A stretch of 64,000 nt of DNA from Haliotis cracherodii (lineage: Eukaryota): positions 68,076,001-68,140,000 of the forward strand of contig NW_027266297.1 of assembly GCF_022045235.1 (NCBI RefSeq), given 5' to 3'. The translations under genes and the position numbers were made by a program. Each line of letters starts with the position of its first letter. Position 1 is the first letter of the stretch. Of this stretch, positions 61,277 to 64,000 are shown piece after piece. The notes under the pieces are model-generated. The model had not been told where the DNA came from. It ran no database searches and saw only the letters and a program-made list of their open reading frames with translations.

Positions 61277-61929
61277 CTGAAAAATAGCAAATAGCAAATA
61301 TTTGTGCATAAATCATTATAGTGCATTTTATAAAACAGCAAATATCTTTCAAAAAGCAATTTATTTACTAAACAAGCTACTAAAGTTGTCTTAAAGCGAG
61401 AGAAATGTAATCAGGTGAGGTGAAATGGGGTTTAACGTCACGTCCAAGATTATTGCACTTATATAGCGATGTGCAGGTGCGTGTGTGTGTTTGTGTGGCT
61501 GCTTGTACTAGTCCGGACTGATGCCGATTTATAGTGCTAGTTCACTGAGATACCATGCCGCAGTTTAGCATGAATACCCCACTCAGACACAGTATACTGA
61601 CTGAACCAACCAGTCCTTGTTTTAGCCCCTTAATGCCGAGTGCCAGACAGGGTAACAACAAGTACCATCTTTAAACGTCTTTTGGTGTGACGCGACCAGG
61701 GATCGAAACCCGGACCTCCCGCTTTCCTGGCGGACGCTCTACCACTAGACCACAGAGGCGGTCAGAAATCAACTGATGGTGGCCAGTATTAGAGGATATG
61801 TCCTGAACATCTTCTTTGTTAGCTTGGAATACCCCTTCACTGTGATACCCTTACCTCCAAGGCCTCCCTAGTGATGGGATATTGCTCCAGTATGGAGATG
61901 ACCTCCAACACTGCCGCTGCATCACGTAC
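59222..61929 (-). CDS. MED26: Mediator subunit 26, last two coding exons; complement(join(59222..61276,61855..61929)); first exon lies beyond the window
   Basis: Exon 61855-61929 [25 protein letters not shown] joins [35 protein letters not shown] (TFIIS-N-like domain). The C-terminus [17 protein letters not shown]...[11 protein letters not shown] is the Med26_C motif. Confidence 0.95.
61413..61763 (-). mobile_element. Full-length SINE family A copy in MED26 intron
   Basis: Near-complete reverse complement of 157-494. Confidence 0.88.
61855..61929 (-). CDS. MED26: MED26 internal 75-nt exon
   Basis: cag|GTACGT...TTGGAG|gtaagg. Confidence 0.92.
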
Positions 61930-64000
61930 CTGAAAAATAGGCATAATACAGTTGACCAGAAATGACAGACACTAGTATCATCAGATATTCTCTCTGGTTC
62001 ACTTTCTAGGAAAAATGGAAAGGCAAGATATTTTTATGTGGTGATGATACTGAGGAAAGGCCTATCAATTTGCTTGAGACATGAAAATGTGCTAATGACA
62101 TTTGTCTCACAACATCTGATAACTAGATTACTTTTTAATATGGACAGTGTGTGGTAGTCATGGATATAAACTACATGCCAAGTAATAATTTGGCTGATGG
62201 GATTAAACTGCTTCCCATTTTCAGTGAGTGAGTTGGGCTTTATGCCGCTTTAAGCAATATTCCAGTAACATCACGGCGGGGGACACCAGAAATGGGCTTC
62301 ACACATCCCATTTTAGTATTCAGTATTAGAAACTGGCACTAGACCTGTTGTCCTTGCCAAAGTGCCCAATAGTTAAATTTCCCATTTTTACACCTTTTGC
62401 TAAATGCTATCATTATACGGACTAGTGGACTAAAAATGTTTGTTTCTACTACTGGTCTTCTTATTAAATATTGAATAGTATGGAAGAATAGTACATATGT
62501 CAATAACATGTGTTACTATCAAATCATAATTCTAGATTATGAGTATATCAAACAATCTAAAAGCTAAAACACACCCAACATTCCTTCAGCATTGGCCATT
62601 AACACATAGGTTTAGAAGACATGATGGCAAGTAAAGTGACCAATTCACAAAAACAAATTGATTGAATAGTAAACAGGAATCGTCTAATTAAATGAGGACA
62701 TGTTTCCAAAGTTGGTAACCTTGACTACCCCTGAAACAATATACACCAGTCATGACAAATTTTGTGGGGAACATAATACACAGAGCACATGTTTCATGCC
62801 ACAGCCTATGCTACAATCTTTTAGTGAGTGAGCATGGCTTTACTCCGCTTTTTAGCAATATCACGGAGGGCGAACACCAGAAATCCATAAGCTTTTAAGA
62901 CTACTTGCCCGAACATAGCTTTTGGCATCATTCTCAGTTGAGAGTTTAATGGTTCTCATGAGGACTATTATTAGATCAGCTTGCAAGACTGAACTGAATT
63001 TAACAAGACTCAGGCTTTGGACAAATGGCCAATTTCGCCGACTGAGCCACAAGTAGCTGATGTAACACCAGTAGAAGTTAAAAGCTACAGTTGCACAAAT
63101 ATTTGTAAATATAGTTTCAAAACTTCAAACAGCAATCTCCGTAACATGTATCCAAAGAAACTTTTATGAACATATGATGTATCCATATTCTTCTTCTTTT
63201 TGGACATTTTTTATTCCTTTCAATACGATACATATATCATATGATGTATCCTTAAGCTTTGAGAGAGTGAGTATGGTATTATCAATATTCCAGAAATATC
63301 ACGGCGCAACACAAGGAATGGGCTTCACACATTGCACCCATGCCGGGAATCGAACTTGAGTCTTCAGCGTAACCACTCAGCTACCCGACCACTCCACCTT
63401 TAAGCCTAGACAAACCCAATAATCATAACATTCTTCTTAGCAGCTGACTCAACCTAGTAAATAGTCATGTATGACTGTGCTGATAATGCCACGGAAACAC
63501 CATTGTAGAACTGGTACAACTATTGGTAATACTAGTGCAGTTAGTGTTGACAATCACTGACACATCAACATCTATAATCAATATGATGCACGCTATATCA
63601 GAGAGAATGTTGCTTTTGACAGCAGACCACGATAACAGAATGTATCATGCAGCCTGTGAAATTTGAAAGGAGGTAGTTCACAATTAAACTAAAGGGTCGT
63701 AAACCAATGGAATCAACTCAATATCTGTCACACTGCGACTATCGAAGCTGGCGAGAGATTTGACACTTTACCCATCATGAGACCGACAACAGTTCCAATC
63801 TGTTTGATTCATATCTACAAGCTTGAACAAGAACACTTAGGCCACTTGAATTATTCACACTGGCTCTTTACATCTTAATCATGTTGATATGAATCCTGTT
63901 TGTCAATGTTATCATAAATGATATGTTGGTTACAGGTTTGTTCATTTTCAAACGAGTTGGATTTCATGCCGCCTTGAACAGTATTCCAGTTATATCGCGG

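Overview
Eukaryotic (invertebrate animal) genomic DNA. It is AT-rich and intron-rich, and its SINE repertoire suggests a mollusc, possibly abalone (inference only). Five protein-coding genes were reconstructed by hand from GT-AG splice sites and conserved protein motifs: the 3' part of COA7 (+), an intronless histone H2A.X (+, ending SQEY), a complete 6-exon UMP-CMP kinase CMPK1 (-), a complete 16-coding-exon centriole gene STIL (+, about 1386 aa) arranged head-to-head with CMPK1 as in human, and the 3' part of MED26 (-). Introns and intergenic DNA contain four SINE-like families sharing one 3' tail, several MITEs, a decayed DIRS retrotransposon that retains its ITRs and ICR, four tandem arrays and a 216-N gap. 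The most interesting non-coding signals are: (1) Penelope-type minimal hammerhead ribozyme motifs, including a U3-A8 covariant core inside an 80-bp inverted-repeat insertion with a 13-bp TSD; (2) a non-tRNA retroposon family whose 5' head folds into a pseudoknotted RNA, a candidate uncharacterised ribozyme or processing element, with a related head amplified into a 48-bp satellite; (3) a non-AUG, mitochondrial-presequence-like N-terminal extension of CMPK1. Homology calls come from remembered sequences; no searches were run.
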